This document shows positions 8,794-11,295 of a DNA stretch of 11,295 nt, piece after piece. Where the stretch lies: positions 1-11,295 of the forward strand of contig BQJQ01000092.1 of the NCBI GenBank assembly GCA_021604785.1, read 5' to 3'. How positions within the stretch are numbered: the first letter of the stretch is position 1; every line of letters begins with the position of its first letter. A model generated the notes under the pieces. The model was given only the letters and a program-made list of their open reading frames with translations, had not been told where the DNA came from and did no database searches. Made by a program: the position numbers and the translations under genes. This DNA is from Phycisphaeraceae bacterium. GTDB lineage: Bacteria; Planctomycetota; Phycisphaerae; Phycisphaerales; UBA1924.

Positions 8794-11295
8794 GGGGCGT
8801 ATCCGGCGTGCGCTCAAGTCCTCGCCGATCGCCTGGATCAAGCGCCACCCGCGCGCCGCGCTGGCGATCTACGGCGTCCTGCTGATCGCCAACTGGATCA
8901 TCATCGGCGAGGTGAACTTCGGGCGCAAGATCTGGGGCGAGGGGTACATGGCCGACACCGCGCACGCGCGCGAGCTCGTGCTCGACGCGCCGGGCCTGCC
9001 CGTGCGCGAGCTACCGCTGCGCTACTGGGTCGCCTCCCGCGGCGATCTCACCGACCCGGACCACCCGCCCGCGCTCCTCCTGCACGGCTCGCCGGGTGCC
9101 GCGGTCGGGTTTATGGCGTCCGCGGAAAACCCCGGGCTCGTCGGCGAGCTCGAACGGCTCGACCGGGCGGTCATCTGGGTGGACCTCCCCGGGTTCGCGT
9201 CGGAGATCGACCCGACGCGCGAGTTCACGAGCTACTCCGCCGACGCGTACGCGGACGTCATGCTCGCGGTGCTTGACGAATTGGGCGTGGAGCGCGCGCA
9301 CGTCGTCGGGTGGTCCAACGGCGGGGCCGTCGGGCTGCGCATGATCGAGGCGGACCCCGATCGCATCGCAACCCTCACCCTGCTCGCGTCGGTTGGCGTG
9401 CAGGAGACCGAGGGGTCGGGAAGCTACCTCTTCGAGCACGCGAAGTACGCCTTTGGGCAGGTCACGCTCGGGGCGGCGGGGTATCTGGTGCCGCCGGTCG
9501 GGTGGGTGGCGCCGACGGCCGAGACGCGTGCGTTCCTTGCGAACTTCCAGCAGACCGATCAGCGCGCCATGCGCCCGATCATGGAGACGCTCGACACGCC
9601 CACCCTCATCCTGCACGGGCGCCATGATTTCCTGACCCCCGCGTGGGGGGCCGAGCTGCACCACGAGATCATGCCGACGAGCCGGCTGGTGATGCTCGGC
9701 GGGTCGCACTTCATCCCGATGCTGCAGGCAAAGGACGCCGCGGCGGTCATGGAGGGGTTCTTCACCCGCCACGATCGTGCCGGCGTCGAGCCGATCACGA
9801 CCTACGAGGACCGCGCGCCCAATGTCGACCGCGCCGGCGTCGCGCGCGCGATCGCGTGGGTCGGCGGGCACATTCGGTGGACGCCGTGGTGGGTGCTCGT
9901 GCCGTTGATCGCGCTGCTGGCGCGCTGGCGCCCGGAGCTGGCGACGGTGCTCGTCGCGATGTACGTCGGGCGGGTGGACCTGGATATCGGGGTGGCGCTG
10001 CTCGGGCTGTTCGCGGGGCGGCTGGCGCGCCGGCGCACGCCCTTCGACCGTCGGCGGCTGCCCGTCGGCTGGATCGGCACGGCGGCGTGGACCGCGCTGT
10101 CGGTGTTCATCGTGTTCATGCTCGAGCAGGACACGTTCCCGTGGCGTCTCGGGCCGGACGATGCCGCGTTGCGGTTCGGCGCGATCGGGTTCGTCGCGTA
10201 TCTCGTCGTATTGACGACGCTGCTGCACGTGCTGCGGAGCCTCCTCCGCCGGCCGGGGCGGCAGCGCCTCCTCGCGCAGTGGACGCACCTCCGCTCGCAC
10301 GAACACTGGCCGAGCTGGGTGATGTACGTGCCGGTGATTCCGATCTGGGTCGGGCACGCGTTCAAACCCGGCGGCGTGCTCGCGTTCACGGCGGCGAACC
10401 CCGGCATCCCCGACGGCGGCGGGATCACGGGGGAATCCAAATCGCACATTCTGCGCGCCCTGGGCGGCGACCCGCGCGTGCTTGCGCATGAGCTGATCGA
10501 GGCGGGCCCGACCACCGGCGAGCGCGCCGCCGCGGCGCTCCGCGCGATCGAGTCCCGCCCGGACCTCGGCGGGTACCCCGTCATCCTCAAGCCCGACACG
10601 GGCGAACGGGGCTCGGACGTCAGGCTCGCGCGCACGCCGGGCGACGTCGCCCCGTTCTTCGAGCAGGTGCGCGAGGACGCGGTGGTCCAGCGATTCGACC
10701 CCGGGCCGGCGGAGTTCGGCGTGCTCTGGATCCGCCACCCCGACGCGATCGGACGCGATCCGGGCGCGGGCGAGCCGGCGGGCTCGATCTTCGCGATCAC
10801 CGAGAAGCGGTTCCCGGAGGTCGTCGGCGACGGCGCACGCACGCTCGGCGAGCTGATTCTCGCCCACCCGCGAGGGCGGGCGCAGGCGGAAATCCTGTTT
10901 GCCAGGTTCGGCGCGCGTACGCGGGAGACCATCCCCGAGGGCGAGCGGGTTCGGTTCACCAACGCGGGCAACCACATGCAGGGCAGCTCGTTCCACGACG
11001 GCAGCCAGCTCATCACGCCCATACTCGAGCGCGCGATCGACGCGGTCGCGGGCGGGTTTGCCGACGAACGGGGGCGCGGGCTGGATTTCGGTAGGTTCGA
11101 CGTGCGGTGCCCTTCGGGCGAGCACCTGGCGCGGGGCGAGGGGCTGACGATCATCGAGCTCAACGGCGTGCTGGGCGAGGCGACCATCCACTACGACCCG
11201 GACCGGTCCGCGCTGTTCGCGTGGGGCGTGCTGCAGGCGCAATGGAAGCGGCTGTACGAGGTGGGTGAGGCGCGGATCGCGGCGGGGGCGAAGCC
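8786..11295 (+). CDS. Large multidomain membrane protein, 3'-truncated by the window end (at least 836 codons). It has an N-terminal TM anchor, an alpha/beta-hydrolase fold (Ser nucleophile), a polytopic membrane domain of about 4-5 TM, and a C-terminal ATP-grasp amidoligase domain. It is not present in the supplied ORF track.
   Basis: Frame 2 was translated manually from the GTG at 8786, which overlaps the rlmN stop by 8 nt. The frame runs to 11295 with no stop. The TM segment is AALAIYGVLLIANWIIIG. The hydrolase region has the HG oxyanion motif LLLHGSPG (9074-9097), the nucleophile elbow GWSNG (9308-9322), the Asp candidate LILHGRHDF and the His candidate GGSHFIP. Hydrophobic helices span about 9850-10370 (WWVLVPLIALLARW, IGVALLGLFAG, AWTALSVFIVFML, FGAIGFVAYLVVLTTLLHVL, WVMYVPVIPIWVG). 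The ATP-grasp motifs are YPVILKPDTGERGSDV (10574-10621), FAITEKRFPEVVGDGARTLGELI (VVGDG... at 10820-10858), NAGNHMQGSSFHDGSQLITP, and GLTIIELNGVLGEAT (11150-11179 region). Strong GC3 bias. The opposite-strand ORFs 9011..11242 and 9802..11187 are R-rich antisense artefacts. Confidence 0.75.
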   Translation, partial: MPEGRIRRALKSSPIAWIKRHPRAALAIYGVLLIANWIIIGEVNFGRKIWGEGYMADTAHARELVLDAPGLPVRELPLRYWVASRGDLTDPDHPPALLLHGSPGAAVGFMASAENPGLVGELERLDRAVIWVDLPGFASEIDPTREFTSYSADAYADVMLAVLDELGVERAHVVGWSNGGAVGLRMIEADPDRIATLTLLASVGVQETEGSGSYLFEHAKYAFGQVTLGAAGYLVPPVGWVAPTAETRAFLANFQQTDQRAMRPIMETLDTPTLILHGRHDFLTPAWGAELHHEIMPTSRLVMLGGSHFIPMLQAKDAAAVMEGFFTRHDRAGVEPITTYEDRAPNVDRAGVARAIAWVGGHIRWTPWWVLVPLIALLARWRPELATVLVAMYVGRVDLDIGVALLGLFAGRLARRRTPFDRRRLPVGWIGTAAWTALSVFIVFMLEQDTFPWRLGPDDAALRFGAIGFVAYLVVLTTLLHVLRSLLRRPGRQRLLAQWTHLRSHEHWPSWVMYVPVIPIWVGHAFKPGGVLAFTAANPGIPDGGGITGESKSHILRALGGDPRVLAHELIEAGPTTGERAAAALRAIESRPDLGGYPVILKPDTGERGSDVRLARTPGDVAPFFEQVREDAVVQRFDPGPAEFGVLWIRHPDAIGRDPGAGEPAGSIFAITEKRFPEVVGDGARTLGELILAHPRGRAQAEILFARFGARTRETIPEGERVRFTNAGNHMQGSSFHDGSQLITPILERAIDAVAGGFADERGRGLDFGRFDVRCPSGEHLARGEGLTIIELNGVLGEATIHYDPDRSALFAWGVLQAQWKRLYEVGEARIAAGAK

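Noticed and set aside
9011-11242. 743-aa and 461-aa minus-strand ORFs (9011..11242, 9802..11187) opposite the large fusion gene
   Set aside because: Extremely R/P/G-rich, with low-complexity runs (RRRR, PPRR). These are typical antisense open frames of a high-GC coding region. The plus frame has clear enzyme motifs and TM helices.

Overview
High-GC (about 70%) bacterial chromosomal segment, most likely from a Planctomycetota-type genome. The indicator is two tandem pilin-like genes with the prepilin-type N-terminus [25 protein letters not shown] and an H-X9-DG motif near the C-terminus, the signature of the DUF1559 family that is hugely expanded in that phylum. Gene order: rsmE 5' end (minus, truncated by the window start); a divergent acidic, disordered, C-terminally membrane-anchored hypothetical protein (plus); then a minus-strand block of four genes. 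The four are a secreted HEXXH zinc-metallopeptidase-like protein, asnS (its stop overlaps the peptidase start in ATGA), and two paralogous DUF1559 pilin-like genes. A divergent promoter region follows, then a plus-strand block: an SPFH/flotillin (YqiK-like) gene, rlmN, and a very large ORF that is missing from the supplied ORF track because it runs off the window end. That large ORF is the most interesting object. It is a single reading frame of at least 836 codons (8786 to beyond 11295, frame 2, no stop found on manual translation). Its GTG start overlaps the rlmN stop. It fuses an N-terminal TM anchor, an alpha/beta-hydrolase fold with a GWSNG nucleophile elbow, a polytopic membrane domain, and a C-terminal ATP-grasp amidoligase (KPDTGERGSDV, VVGDGARTLGELI and IIELNGVLGE motifs). 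I found no tRNA, rRNA, CRISPR or IS element. Many long R/P/G-rich ORFs on the opposite strand of real genes are typical high-GC antisense artefacts. Small candidate regulatory elements are described in features and findings.
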